A stretch of DNA of 64,000 nucleotides from Sedimentisphaerales bacterium. Its GTDB lineage: Bacteria > Planctomycetota > Phycisphaerae > Sedimentisphaerales > SM23-30. This document shows positions 21,588-32,109 of the stretch, piece after piece (positions within the stretch are counted from its first letter, which is position 1; every line of letters starts with the position of its first letter). The notes beneath the pieces are model-generated. The model was not told the DNA's origin and ran no database searches. It was given only the letters and a program-made list of their open reading frames with translations. The position numbers and the translations under genes were made by a program. The stretch lies in NCBI GenBank assembly GCA_963666285.1, contig OY762711.1; one strand, written 5' to 3'.

Positions 21588-22172
21588 CTATGCTATTTGA
21601 GTTACTATATTGACAATCTCTTTTTTAGCTGCCTCAAGATCATCATTTACAATTTCATTTCCATACCTACCGCTATGCCTGGCAGAATCAATTTCCCACC
21701 TTGCCTTCTCCAGTCTTTTCTGGATCACAATTTCACTGTCGCGTCCTCTGGTCTTCAGACGCTTTTCCAGTGCCTCTTCACTCGGAGGTATAATCAATAT
21801 TCCTTTCGCCTCAGGCATATTCTCAAATACCTGCAAGCCGCCCTGTACATCTATTTCCAGGATAACGGTTTTGCCTTCTGCCAATAATTTTTTTACCGGT
21901 TCGGCCGGGGTGCCATAATAGTTATCAAATACTACGGCATATTCCAGCAGTTCACCTTTTTCTATCTTTGATTTAAATTCGTCATGACTAATAAAGAAAT
22001 AATCTTTACCATCAATTTCTCCAGGACCAGGCTTTCGTGTTGTTGCTGAAATACTTAAAACAACATCTTCATTTGTATTTTTTAGCAGTGCCCTGGTAAG
22101 AGTCCCCTTCCCGGAGCCGCTTGGACCGCTTATAACAAATAACCTGCCTGCTTGTAACTGATCTTCATTCAT
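21588..22172 (-). CDS. gmk: Guanylate kinase
   Basis: GPSGSGKGT, SATTR, GKDYFF, YYGT, EIDVQG. Confidence 0.97.
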   Translation of the reverse strand: MNEDQLQAGRLFVISGPSGSGKGTLTRALLKNTNEDVVLSISATTRKPGPGEIDGKDYFFISHDEFKSKIEKGELLEYAVVFDNYYGTPAEPVKKLLAEGKTVILEIDVQGGLQVFENMPEAKGILIIPPSEEALEKRLKTRGRDSEIVIQKRLEKARWEIDSARHSGRYGNEIVNDDLEAAKKEIVNIVTQIA

Positions 22173-22234
22173 ATATTTTGACGGCAGGAGCTTCCCCCTC
22201 CCATTTGTCTTCTTGTACTACTTTATATTTCAAT

Positions 22235-23122
22235 CTATTCGACGTTCTGAACTTGCTCTCTCAGGCGATCTATAGCCACTTTTATATCAACCACAAATTG
22301 GCTTATCTGAGCATTATTAGCTTTACTGGCAATAGTATTCGCTTCTCGCAGCATCTCCTGGGTCAAAAAGTCTAGCCTTCGCCCTACCTGCTCTTCATCA
22401 GTGCATATCTTGTCAAACTGTACCAGGTGAGCGTTCAGGCGGGATATCTCTTCGTTAATATCACATTTGTCCGCAAATACGGCAACTTCTCTCAAAAGAG
22501 TGTCTTCATCTACTTTAAGCTTTGCGCTTGCTAACAGCTCATTTACTCTGCTCTCAAGTTTATCTCGATATCGATTTACAACTTCGTGTGTCATTCCTTC
22601 AAGCTTATCGAGAGTAACTTTGATGAATTCGCAATTCTTTCTCAAATCATTGAGCAACGCCTGGCCTTCATGAACACGCATATCATTCAACTTTACCAGT
22701 GCCTGGCTAATCTGCTCAGCTAATATCTCCATGAACTGCTTATTTTCATCTTCACTGTAAACTTTAGGCTGGCAAACACCAGGGAGCATCAATAATCTGG
22801 CAAGATCCAGGTGCGGCTTGTCCATATTTGTACTGCGTGCAATCTCAAGCATATTGTCATAATAATGCATGGCTGCGGCATGATTGATGTCAGAAACATT
22901 AACTGTCCCGGAATCTTTCACATAAATATTGCAATACACCGAGCCGCGACAAACATTTGATTTGATAATCTTTTCCAGTTCTGTTTCAGCAAAAGATAAT
23001 ATATCCGGTAACTTGATTGATACTTTTAAGTACTTATTGTTTACTGTCTTGATCTCAACCATAAAGCTTAACTTCTCAGCTTCATACCTGGAATCTCCAA
23101 AACCAGTCATGCTCTTTAGCAT
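22235..23122 (-). CDS. yicC: YicC/YloC family endoribonuclease
   Basis: MLKSMTGFG, DINEEISRL, GRRLDFLTQEMLREANTIASK, REQVQNVE. Confidence 0.95.
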   Translation of the reverse strand: MLKSMTGFGDSRYEAEKLSFMVEIKTVNNKYLKVSIKLPDILSFAETELEKIIKSNVCRGSVYCNIYVKDSGTVNVSDINHAAAMHYYDNMLEIARSTNMDKPHLDLARLLMLPGVCQPKVYSEDENKQFMEILAEQISQALVKLNDMRVHEGQALLNDLRKNCEFIKVTLDKLEGMTHEVVNRYRDKLESRVNELLASAKLKVDEDTLLREVAVFADKCDINEEISRLNAHLVQFDKICTDEEQVGRRLDFLTQEMLREANTIASKANNAQISQFVVDIKVAIDRLREQVQNVE

Positions 23123-23306
23123 AAATAAATCCTTTTCTATCAATCCGGATAATAACTTTCAATTTAGACAGATATGGCTGTAAAAACTAAAAATTACACG
23201 GTTCTGTAAATCGAGAAATGACCAGTGACTAATTTCAAACAAAAAGTCACTGATCATTCGTAAGTTTTTTATAAAAAACGGAATTAACCGAGTTATATAT
23301 CAAATA

Positions 23307-23816
23307 TTATTCTGTTGTGGTGGTTTCTGCTTCTTTTGGAGTTTCTTCAGGAACTGGAACATCTGAAGTATCAGCTTTTTCCGCTCCCTCTTCAGCAGTT
23401 ACTGCACTATCAGATGCGGTTTCTTCAGCATCTGCCGCAGCGGCACCTGCCTTATCGCCGGCATCAGCTTCCGGTTTTGGTGCTTCCGCATCAACAGGCA
23501 TTGAAGTATCATTGCTCTTTATGCCGGCACCCTGCTGAATGTCTTCGTCAAGACTGGCAGGCTTATAGCCCAGAGATAATGATATAGCTATAAGGAAAAA
23601 TGCAACTACAATTACAATTGTTACCCAGGTAAATACATCACCTGTCTTGCTGCCAAAAGCAGACTGGCCGCCTTCACCGCCAAATGCTGCTGCCAAACCG
23701 CCACCACGGCCCTTTTGCAACAGAACCAGGGCAATTAATATCAGACAAACCGCAACAAATAAAATGCCAAGGGCACTTGCCCACCAAGATACAGCACACA
23801 ACATAGTTGCAAACAT
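23307..23816 (-). CDS. secG: Preprotein translocase subunit SecG with acidic low-complexity tail
   Basis: VLLQKGRGGGLAAAFGG, FGSKTGDVFT; follows tpiA. Confidence 0.93.
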   Translation of the reverse strand: MFATMLCAVSWWASALGILFVAVCLILIALVLLQKGRGGGLAAAFGGEGGQSAFGSKTGDVFTWVTIVIVVAFFLIAISLSLGYKPASLDEDIQQGAGIKSNDTSMPVDAEAPKPEADAGDKAGAAAADAEETASDSAVTAEEGAEKADTSDVPVPEETPKEAETTTTE

Positions 23817-23971
23817 ATTATACTCCAAAAACAAAAACAGTTATTATTACACCAAGTGTAAACTTGTTTATTAAATTGTCACAATAATATCTATAATTTT
23901 GAATTTTCTTCAAAAAATCAAAAATAAACACCAATGCTTATATAAAATGCCATTTTCAGGAATAATGCAGT

Positions 23972-24775
23972 TTATTTGCAAGCACAACCACAGGAACAAC
24001 CGTTACCAGGATTGATTCCGCCCTGAATAATATTCATAAAGTCTGTTGATTTCAGTGAAGCACCGCCAACCAGAGCTCCGTCAACATCCGGCTGTGACAT
24101 TAGTTCAGCGGCATTGTCAGGCTTTACGCTTCCGCCATACTGAATTCTAACCGCAGCAGCAACATCAGCATTAAACATATCAGCAATAACACCACGACAG
24201 AAGACATGAGCTTCCTGGGCCTGTTCGGTAGTAGCTGTTACGCCTGTTCCAATCGCCCAAACCGGCTCATAAGCTATTGTGATATTCGCCATCTGCTCAG
24301 CAGTAATACCGGCCAGACCTTCGCGAATCTGCTCATTCAAAACTGCATCCATCTTGCCGCCTTCACGTTCTTCCAGCAGCTCGCCTATACAAAATACAAC
24401 ATCAAGACCACCAGCCAAAGCTGCCTTGATCTTCTTATTTAGAATCTCATGCGTTTCGCCGATAACATGGCGACGTTCGCTATGACCGACAAGAACGAAG
24501 TCACAACCAACATCTTTAAGCATCTGAACACTGATTTCGCCAGTGAAAGCGCCGTTACCTTCGTAAAATACGTCCTGGGCTCCCAGCATAACCGGGCTGT
24601 CGCCAAGGGCTTCTTTTACTGCTGCCAGGTAAACAAATGGAGGACAAACAGCTACGTCAACCCCGGCTTTATCCTGACAACCACCAAATTTCTGAGCCAG
24701 TTCAGATGCCAGAGTTTTTGCACCAGCGGCATCCAAATTCATTTTCCAGTTACCAGCAACATAATTCTTACGCAT
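23972..24775 (-). CDS. tpiA: Triosephosphate isomerase with Cys-rich C-terminal tail
   Basis: AGNWKM, GHSERR, AYEPVWAIGTG, YGGSVK, LVGGASL. Confidence 0.98.
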   Translation of the reverse strand: MRKNYVAGNWKMNLDAAGAKTLASELAQKFGGCQDKAGVDVAVCPPFVYLAAVKEALGDSPVMLGAQDVFYEGNGAFTGEISVQMLKDVGCDFVLVGHSERRHVIGETHEILNKKIKAALAGGLDVVFCIGELLEEREGGKMDAVLNEQIREGLAGITAEQMANITIAYEPVWAIGTGVTATTEQAQEAHVFCRGVIADMFNADVAAAVRIQYGGSVKPDNAAELMSQPDVDGALVGGASLKSTDFMNIIQGGINPGNGCSCGCACK

Positions 24776-24859
24776 ATCTAACTCCTGCAATTATCATAAG
24801 TTCGCTCTCTATAAATATTTACACAAAACCGGGACATACAGTCGCGATTTAAGTCCCAC

Positions 24860-24888
24860 ATTTTATCAGCAAACATGTATTAATGCAA
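24860..24888 (-). promoter_or_regulatory. Sigma-70 promoter of tpiA-secG
   Basis: TTGCAT-N17-TAAAAT on the minus strand. Confidence 0.55.
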
Positions 24889-25040
24889 GATTTATTCCAT
24901 TTTTTAGGCCGGTAAAATGAAAATAATTGCTGTAAAGGCAATGAGATACAGCACTAACGGCTATGTTGGAAAAACGAGGCAAAAATAGCCCAAAAATCTA
25001 AATAACTGGTAGAAAAGACGTAAGGGAAATGTTAAAATAG

Positions 25041-25721
25041 TTAAATTATAGGAAATATGATGAATATGGTGATATCCCAGAGTGCATGCGAGATGATGCA
25101 GGGCCAGAGGCTTCGTGTCATGGCGAAGAGCAGCCCCCAGAAACCGCCGCATAACGCCGAGGCCGCGACCAGCATGAGGTTCATGGACGGAAGGTGCACG
25201 AAGGTGTAAAGAGCCGCGGCCACAAGAAACCCCATAACGGCACCTCGAAACCATATAGCGGCGAGCTGAAAAGCGGTAACGGAACCCTGAAACCATGGCG
25301 CGGCGCCCCACCGGTTGCTCAGTCGATACTGCACGAACCCTCGCCAGAAAATTTCTTCGGCAGGCCCAATTATGCAAAATAAAAGAGTTAGGATCACCCA
25401 CGGATTCTGGGCAGCCCTGATATCATAAATCGAATTTACCTGCGAATCTGCAAAAGGCAGGATGCGAATCGCCAAAAAATGACCGATCCAAAATACCAGA
25501 TACAGAGCGGCGGCTGAGATTATGCCGACCGGAATATGCCAGAGTTTGAAGGCATAAATTTCCTTGAGTTCTTTTCGACCGACGATCAATGAAGAAACTC
25601 CAAGCAAAGCAGTCGTACCAACCATCATCGGCCAGAACGGAACATGCGACTTGGTAAGCGGGCAGAACATTAGAAAGAAACATACTGCCGCAATTGAACA
25701 AAGAAAAATAACAGCTCTCAC
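25041..25721 (-). CDS. CPBP (type II CAAX/Abi) intramembrane glutamic protease
   Basis: AEEIFWRG (EExxxR), TFVH, SHALWD (HxxxD); multiple TM helices; GTG start overlaps the upstream TGA. Confidence 0.88.
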   Translation of the reverse strand: MRAVIFLCSIAAVCFFLMFCPLTKSHVPFWPMMVGTTALLGVSSLIVGRKELKEIYAFKLWHIPVGIISAAALYLVFWIGHFLAIRILPFADSQVNSIYDIRAAQNPWVILTLLFCIIGPAEEIFWRGFVQYRLSNRWGAAPWFQGSVTAFQLAAIWFRGAVMGFLVAAALYTFVHLPSMNLMLVAASALCGGFWGLLFAMTRSLWPCIISHALWDITIFIIFPII

Positions 25722-26635
25722 AGAAACGCTCCCAGTAGAATCGAGATAACCAGCAGAATACTGAACGGCAGATGCAGCTGCGCGGTCTGCACATCAAGAG
25801 TAGCGATGTTTTCGGGATGGTTGACATCGCTGGTCAGGGCAAGTTTGATATTTTTGACTGCCAGCGGGATAGTAACCAGAACGATAAGCGACCATGCCGG
25901 GAGTATACCGGTGAGGATAAGCGGCGGAACCGCTGCATAGGCCCCTATCAGCAGCGAGATATATTCGATACGAGCGATACCATGGCCGAGGACGGTGGCG
26001 GTACTGCGTATGCCTGCCTGGGTATCGTGCATGATATCGCGGAGATTGTTGGCTGTTAGGATGGCAGTTACCAGGAACCCGATACCAAGCGAGGTCCAAA
26101 GCACTTCGAGGCGGAATGTGCCGGTGAGTACGTAGAAGCTGCCGATGACCATAAGCGGGCCCATAAGAATAAATACGCCCAGGTCGCCGAGTCCGAGGTA
26201 TTTGAAGCCGACGGGATAGCCGGTATAGAAGAACCCGCCAAAGAGGCCGATAAGGCCTAGCAACAGGATCGGCCAGCCATGGACATAGATGAATACCAGG
26301 CCGATAGCGGCGGAAAGAGCAAATAGTGCCATGCCGACGAGCAGGACTTTATAGGGCAGCAGATGGCCCTCTACCAGGATACGGCTGGAGCCGTAGGTTT
26401 CGGGGCGGTCGACACCATTTCGCAGGTCGAAATATTCACTAACCATATTTGTGCCGGCGTGCATCGCAAATGAAGCTATGATAATCAGCGGGAGAAGTAC
26501 CCATCGTGCCGGGAGACTGTAGTATGGCACTAATGCGGCACCGAGTATGACTGGCATAATGGATGCGGTAAAGGAAAACGGCCGTGCGGCCAGTATCCAG
26601 TATTTGAGTGAGGTACATTTTTTTGATTTTGTCAT
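25718..26635 (-). CDS. menA: UbiA-family prenyltransferase, MenA-like (DHNA polyprenyltransferase)
   Basis: WILAARPFSFTAS, NMVSEYFDLRNGVD, YTG..FKYLGLGD, NNLRDIMHD. Confidence 0.8.
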   Translation of the reverse strand: MTKSKKCTSLKYWILAARPFSFTASIMPVILGAALVPYYSLPARWVLLPLIIIASFAMHAGTNMVSEYFDLRNGVDRPETYGSSRILVEGHLLPYKVLLVGMALFALSAAIGLVFIYVHGWPILLLGLIGLFGGFFYTGYPVGFKYLGLGDLGVFILMGPLMVIGSFYVLTGTFRLEVLWTSLGIGFLVTAILTANNLRDIMHDTQAGIRSTATVLGHGIARIEYISLLIGAYAAVPPLILTGILPAWSLIVLVTIPLAVKNIKLALTSDVNHPENIATLDVQTAQLHLPFSILLVISILLGAFL

Positions 26636-26781
26636 AAATCAGGTATTTGGTATTAGGTTTTAGGGAAGATATCGCCTAAAGGCGCATCCTGTTTTTTAAT
26701 TTCAATACTAAATTACACTTAATATTATACTATGTATTGTATGGTTGGAGTCAAGTATAACTTAAGACGATCACCTAAGAA

Positions 26782-26831
26782 AGGTATTTAGCGTTGGGTA
26801 CTGGTAAATGTATCATCTAGCGGCGAGCTAA
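26782..26831. repeat. 50-bp direct repeat, copy A
   Basis: aggtatttagcgttgggtactggtaaatgtatcatctagcggcgagctaa; 48/50 identical to 32110-32159. Confidence 0.95.
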
Positions 26832-26884
26832 AAAGGCTTTACCACTAATGAACGCGAAAGTTACAGATTGTATTATCGGAGGCT

Positions 26885-29800
26885 TTATTTTGCTTCAAAA
26901 ATTCTAATGTTATCAATCCAGGCAACATCGCTACCCTCGCTAATAGAAACATCTTTGGAATATGTCCACGTAAAAGTATGGATGCCGCTGCTCACAGGAT
27001 AATCGACATTCTGCCAATCAAGTTCGCCAGACCACTGATCCAGCTTGACACCATCGATATAAAAACTTAAAGTATCCCAAATAGCTTCCGATGATACTTT
27101 ACAGTTAAAACTAACAGTATCACAATCATCCGTATTTACAGTTATTTCAATTGAACTAGTCTGACTATCTGCGATTACACCACTTTGAGCAGCGTAACCT
27201 TCCTGGTAAGCAACCTGATTTTGAGCGAACCAGTCAGTATTACCATAAAAATTAAAACCATAAGAGCAGGCAGAGCCCGTTTCAAAATCAGCTTCAAAAC
27301 CTTTATCAACAGAGACATCCTGCAACCATTGGTCTACAAATATATTTAGATCATTTAAATCAATACTGCCGTCATTAGAATAGTCTACATCAGAACATAC
27401 CTGACAATCACATTCATTCAACCAGTAATTTGCCAATAATGAAAAATCAACCAAATCTACTTTATTTACTACATGTAAGCTAATGACCAGATATTGTTCT
27501 TGATTACTATATGTCCGTATTGGCATCAGGTAGATATAATTACCAACAGTCAAACCTGAAGAATCTAAAACAATCTCAACCGGATCACACTCACCAAAAG
27601 ATGTAAAACTACCAAACTGTGGAGTAACAGAAGATATCCAAGGGCAAGAATCAATATCTGTAACCTTCCAAGCAAAATCATCATCTGAAAGAGAATACAA
27701 ATCAATATTGACCACACCTGACTGATTTGGGTATAGATAGATTTCTGCAACACCTTTAATGTATACACCATGCTGCCATAAAAGTTTTGGATAATCATCG
27801 TTGATGATTATCCATTTTGAGTCTTCTGCCTCATTTATAGACCAATTAGAGCTTGAATATGTATAAAGAGACACCATTACACTTGTTGTTTTCCCATCAG
27901 CCCCATCACTAGTATCACAGCCAGAAGTATCTATATCCCAAAAGCAATCGAGAATTTCTGACCTGTTTTTGCCACAGAATCCTCCAACGTAGTTAAAACT
28001 AGTACCAGAAACAACCTGACCAGTAGAATAACTTGTTTCAATTGTTCCGATATAATTTTCACCACACAAGCCAGCAATATACGCTGAGTTGTCACCACTG
28101 GAGACATTGCCAGAAGAATAACAATCATATATCAACCCTTCGTTATTATCTCCGCAAAGACCGCCAATACGTTTAGAATTTGAACCGGCAGTAACAACTC
28201 CATTTGAGTAACAACCGCTGATCTCAGACCATTCATTATAACCGCATAAACCACCGATAGAAGCGGCATAGTCACTACCAACAATATTTCCAAGGTTATA
28301 GCTATTTTCAATCGTACTGTCACTATTTATGCCACAAAGACCACCAACACTATTTGTGCCGGAAACAGTTCCCAAGAAATGTGAATTTGAGATAGTACCA
28401 TTAGCATTTTCGCCGACAAGTCCGCCAACTGGAACGGAGTTAATTGCTCCAGTTACAATAGCTGATGACTGGCAATAGTCTATCTGGCCATTATTGTTTA
28501 TGCCACAAAGGCCGCCAATATGATCTGCACCATATGAGCTGGTAACAGAACCGGATGTACTGCAATTGCTGATAACGGCGTTGTTTTCACCGGCAAGGAT
28601 GCCGATATAATATGCACGTATACCTGAGATAACGTTTGCGTTTTCGATAGTGAGGTTATTGACCTGGGCAGAGAAACCGAGTTTGCCAAAGAGGCCGATA
28701 TAATCGTCCTCATTTTTTGATGAATTGATAGTAAGGTTAGATATTTTATGGCCAGTGCCATTAAATATACCGCTATAGGCTGTTCCCTGGTAGAATACCT
28801 TGTTAGATGTATCACGAGCAATAACAGCAGAAGGGTATGTACTTCTGCCGGGGTTGGCTGGGTCCAGGTCGAGATCGGTTGTCAGCTTGACATAGACACT
28901 TTCTGCCCAATAGTCTTTATTAAATACAAACGAATCAAACTCATGCAGGCTCGTGATAAGATATGGTTCTGATTCGCTGCCATTACCGGATAAATCAGCT
29001 GGAGGACCTAAAGAAACGACAAGATCAACTTGTGTACCAGCTAATACGTTGGTTAACACATCTGACTTGTGACTTATAATATGCCCTTCCGGGATGGAAT
29101 CTGAGATAGAATACTGGACGTCTCCAACCTGAAGATCGGCTTCAGTAATCAGGCTTTCGGCATCCTCTAATGTAACACCAACAAAATATGCAACAGAGAC
29201 TATATCTGACAAGTCGGAAAGAACCGGATATTCACCCATAAACCATGGAGCTTGAGGACTCTCATTAGAAATAAAATCCCAGCCGCAATTAACGAATGTT
29301 TGTTTCTCCTGCATCTGACCAGCGGTTTTGCCTATGATTAACTGGGAGTACAAGTTATTATAGTCATACTCATTACACCCATAAGATAGCCCAGATGTTT
29401 CAGTGTCCCAAAAACAAGACAGGATATCAACTCCATCGATATAGCCGATAAGCCCTCCAGTATAATTGTAACCCGAAACATCACCTCTCGAATAGCAATA
29501 GAAAATTGTGCCGTCAGAAGCAAGGCCAACAAGTCCACCAACTTCCTTTCCAGCAAATACATCACCGGCAGCATAGCAATTTTGAATGGTACCGGCAGAA
29601 CTCCCGCATAATCCGCCAGCGGTTTTTTCTGCGTTAACACTTCCAGCAGCAAAACTTTTTTTGATATTGCCGTTATCTATACCGCATAGCCCACCGGCAT
29701 TTTGCCCTGCTTCAACATTACCAGTAGCATAGCAGCTGATAACACTTCCGCTATTATTGCCACACAAACCTCCAATGTAATTTGTGCCTGCAACATTACC

Positions 29801-31882
29801 TGTAGCATAACAGCTGGTAATATTGCCACTTCTAACATAACCAACCAAACTGCCAACATTTTCAAAACCACTGACAGAGCCACTTGAATAGCTATTTAGG
29901 ATAATGCTATCATCAACATATCCTACCAAACCACCAACGTAATTATTACCTGCAACACCTACATCTGCATAACAATTGTCAATTGTAGTAGAAAAACTAC
30001 TACCCACCAGTCCACCAACACTCATCCCCAAAGATGATACATTCCCTAAAGCGAAACAGTTTTTTATTGTTGTGGAATTTGAACTGCCTGCAAGAATGCC
30101 TGCATTGTAACCCTCTTTATTATTCACAACTGAGCAGTTAAGCAAACCAAGATTGTCAATTTCAGCTTCTTCAACCCGGAAAAAAAATCCAACTGGCTCA
30201 GAATAGTCATCATCAGCACCAACCTCAATCTGCATATTTTTGATTACATGGCCATTACCATCAAAAGAACCATAAAAATATGAAATTAGTGAATGGTTAT
30301 AGACTATTCCTGCCAGATCAATATCGCAATCAAGCCGCGTGTGTGTTCGGTAGGCTCTGTAATAATCGGAAAATTGCACATCACAGAAAGATTCAAAATC
30401 GGTCATATCATCGATAACAAACGGATCAGATTCTGTGCCCGTGCCGGGTAAAGGAAACGAGAGACCAATCGATATAACAGTACCTTGTGTAAGCGTTGAT
30501 CCGGCAGGGATTGACTGGCTGATAATGGTATCGCCAAGTATAGCAAAGTCAAAATTATATGTAATATTGCCAAGGATAAGTCCGGAAGCAGAAATAGCTT
30601 CTTCGGCCTGGGCTCTTGAAAGGCCTGTCAGATCTGGAACTACTACTGCCCCTCCAGTATCCCAGTCAAAAGCGGGATAGCCATTCATACGCCAAATATC
30701 TTCTGTGCCGTTATCAGTTTCACCGACAAAGTCCCATCCGGCAGCTAAAAATGTGTTCACATCCTGCATCTGGCTAGTTGGCAGGCCAATACCAACCTGG
30801 GATGAATCTGCATCTATTCCAGATGTTTGGGTGTCCCAGAAACAGTTGCTGACAATTCCTCCCCGATAAAAACCACAAAGACCAGCTACAAGATGTCCAC
30901 CTGTAACATCACTTGTAGAAAAGCAATTAACGATTGTACCTTCGCTTTCACCCACTAAACCACCAACATCACCTAATGCCACCACTGAGCCCGAAGAATA
31001 ACACTGAGATATATTACCTTGTTTATTATCACCTACCAAACCTCCAACTTTATATGAACCAGTTACTGCAGAAGTTGAATATGAGCTAGAAATATTTGTG
31101 TCGTTATATCCAACCAGGCCACCTATCTGTTCGCCATTACTTGTTACGCTTCCAGATGAATAACAATCCGATATTTCACTATTTTGGTAATGATAGGCGA
31201 CCAGCCCGCCAGAACAATAATTAGAACTGGAAACGGTTGCAGAAGCATATGAATTTGAAACATTAGAACCACCTGCAGTACAGCCAATCAAACCACCAAT
31301 CAGCTCTAAGCCAGAGATAATGCCAACAGCTTTGCAATTTGTGATATCAGAACTATTTGCAACACCAACAAGTAGGCCAATTTCAACGCCTCCAACAATA
31401 CTTCCCCTAACCGAGCAATTTGTTATTTGTCCCGAGTAACTAGTGCCGCACAGTCCTCCTAAGTGAGATATCCTTTCATTTCCATCAATTGTGATATTAT
31501 CAAGGGCAAGGTTAATCACTTTCGAACTTATTCCATATCTACCAACGGAGCCAAAGAATCCAATATTGCTGCTGACAGAAACATCGTTAACGATCGTAAT
31601 GTTACTAATGGTATAACCATTGCCATCAAAAGAGCCGTTTAAGCCCGGAAAGACATAATTGCTAAAGGTTTTGCCTGTCAGGTCAAGGTTGGTGGTGAGT
31701 TTGAGATACTGATCACAATCGAATTGGCCGTAATTGGCAACAAGATAGTCGAAATCGGCAAGATCTTCGATGAGGTATGGGTCGGTTTCGGTACCTGTGC
31801 CGGGAATGATGCCATTGGCGGCATTAAGTATTGCGGACAGGCAAAGACATAAAAACACGATAAAAAGACCAGATTTTTTCAT
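26885..31882 (-). CDS. Secreted GLUG-motif protein: three GLUG modules, two PASTA domains, dockerin-like repeat, C-terminal beta-sandwich
   Basis: Signal peptide; many (V/I)GGL(V/C)G repeats; modules start GxGxExDP(Y/F)xI; PASTA VVVPDLTGLSRAQAEEAI and VAYFVGVTLEDAESLI; DYSNDGSIDLNDLNIFVDQWL. Confidence 0.85.
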   Translation of the reverse strand: MKKSGLFIVFLCLCLSAILNAANGIIPGTGTETDPYLIEDLADFDYLVANYGQFDCDQYLKLTTNLDLTGKTFSNYVFPGLNGSFDGNGYTISNITIVNDVSVSSNIGFFGSVGRYGISSKVINLALDNITIDGNERISHLGGLCGTSYSGQITNCSVRGSIVGGVEIGLLVGVANSSDITNCKAVGIISGLELIGGLIGCTAGGSNVSNSYASATVSSSNYCSGGLVAYHYQNSEISDCYSSGSVTSNGEQIGGLVGYNDTNISSSYSTSAVTGSYKVGGLVGDNKQGNISQCYSSGSVVALGDVGGLVGESEGTIVNCFSTSDVTGGHLVAGLCGFYRGGIVSNCFWDTQTSGIDADSSQVGIGLPTSQMQDVNTFLAAGWDFVGETDNGTEDIWRMNGYPAFDWDTGGAVVVPDLTGLSRAQAEEAISASGLILGNITYNFDFAILGDTIISQSIPAGSTLTQGTVISIGLSFPLPGTGTESDPFVIDDMTDFESFCDVQFSDYYRAYRTHTRLDCDIDLAGIVYNHSLISYFYGSFDGNGHVIKNMQIEVGADDDYSEPVGFFFRVEEAEIDNLGLLNCSVVNNKEGYNAGILAGSSNSTTIKNCFALGNVSSLGMSVGGLVGSSFSTTIDNCYADVGVAGNNYVGGLVGYVDDSIILNSYSSGSVSGFENVGSLVGYVRSGNITSCYATGNVAGTNYIGGLCGNNSGSVISCYATGNVEAGQNAGGLCGIDNGNIKKSFAAGSVNAEKTAGGLCGSSAGTIQNCYAAGDVFAGKEVGGLVGLASDGTIFYCYSRGDVSGYNYTGGLIGYIDGVDILSCFWDTETSGLSYGCNEYDYNNLYSQLIIGKTAGQMQEKQTFVNCGWDFISNESPQAPWFMGEYPVLSDLSDIVSVAYFVGVTLEDAESLITEADLQVGDVQYSISDSIPEGHIISHKSDVLTNVLAGTQVDLVVSLGPPADLSGNGSESEPYLITSLHEFDSFVFNKDYWAESVYVKLTTDLDLDPANPGRSTYPSAVIARDTSNKVFYQGTAYSGIFNGTGHKISNLTINSSKNEDDYIGLFGKLGFSAQVNNLTIENANVISGIRAYYIGILAGENNAVISNCSTSGSVTSSYGADHIGGLCGINNNGQIDYCQSSAIVTGAINSVPVGGLVGENANGTISNSHFLGTVSGTNSVGGLCGINSDSTIENSYNLGNIVGSDYAASIGGLCGYNEWSEISGCYSNGVVTAGSNSKRIGGLCGDNNEGLIYDCYSSGNVSSGDNSAYIAGLCGENYIGTIETSYSTGQVVSGTSFNYVGGFCGKNRSEILDCFWDIDTSGCDTSDGADGKTTSVMVSLYTYSSSNWSINEAEDSKWIIINDDYPKLLWQHGVYIKGVAEIYLYPNQSGVVNIDLYSLSDDDFAWKVTDIDSCPWISSVTPQFGSFTSFGECDPVEIVLDSSGLTVGNYIYLMPIRTYSNQEQYLVISLHVVNKVDLVDFSLLANYWLNECDCQVCSDVDYSNDGSIDLNDLNIFVDQWLQDVSVDKGFEADFETGSACSYGFNFYGNTDWFAQNQVAYQEGYAAQSGVIADSQTSSIEITVNTDDCDTVSFNCKVSSEAIWDTLSFYIDGVKLDQWSGELDWQNVDYPVSSGIHTFTWTYSKDVSISEGSDVAWIDNIRIFEAK

Positions 31883-32109
31883 AAACTCTTTTCCGGTAAC
31901 AATAAGGCGGACAGTCAGCAGCTAAAGCGGCACTACTGCCCTATCAATTTTAAGTTATTATAATAAAGTAACTTATCGCAGAAATGAGATTTATAGAATC
32001 AGCATCCCGGCCAATAAGTAAATTGTTAAAAACTAAGGATTTATGATAGCAAAAATGGGAGGAATATCCAAGTAATAAAAATGCCAAACTGACCGATAGC
32101 CAGTTTGGT

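Noticed and set aside
24961..26099. Several overlapping alternative ORFs in the GC-rich menA/CPBP block
   Set aside because: Expected by-products of higher GC; they overlap well-supported genes and lack motifs
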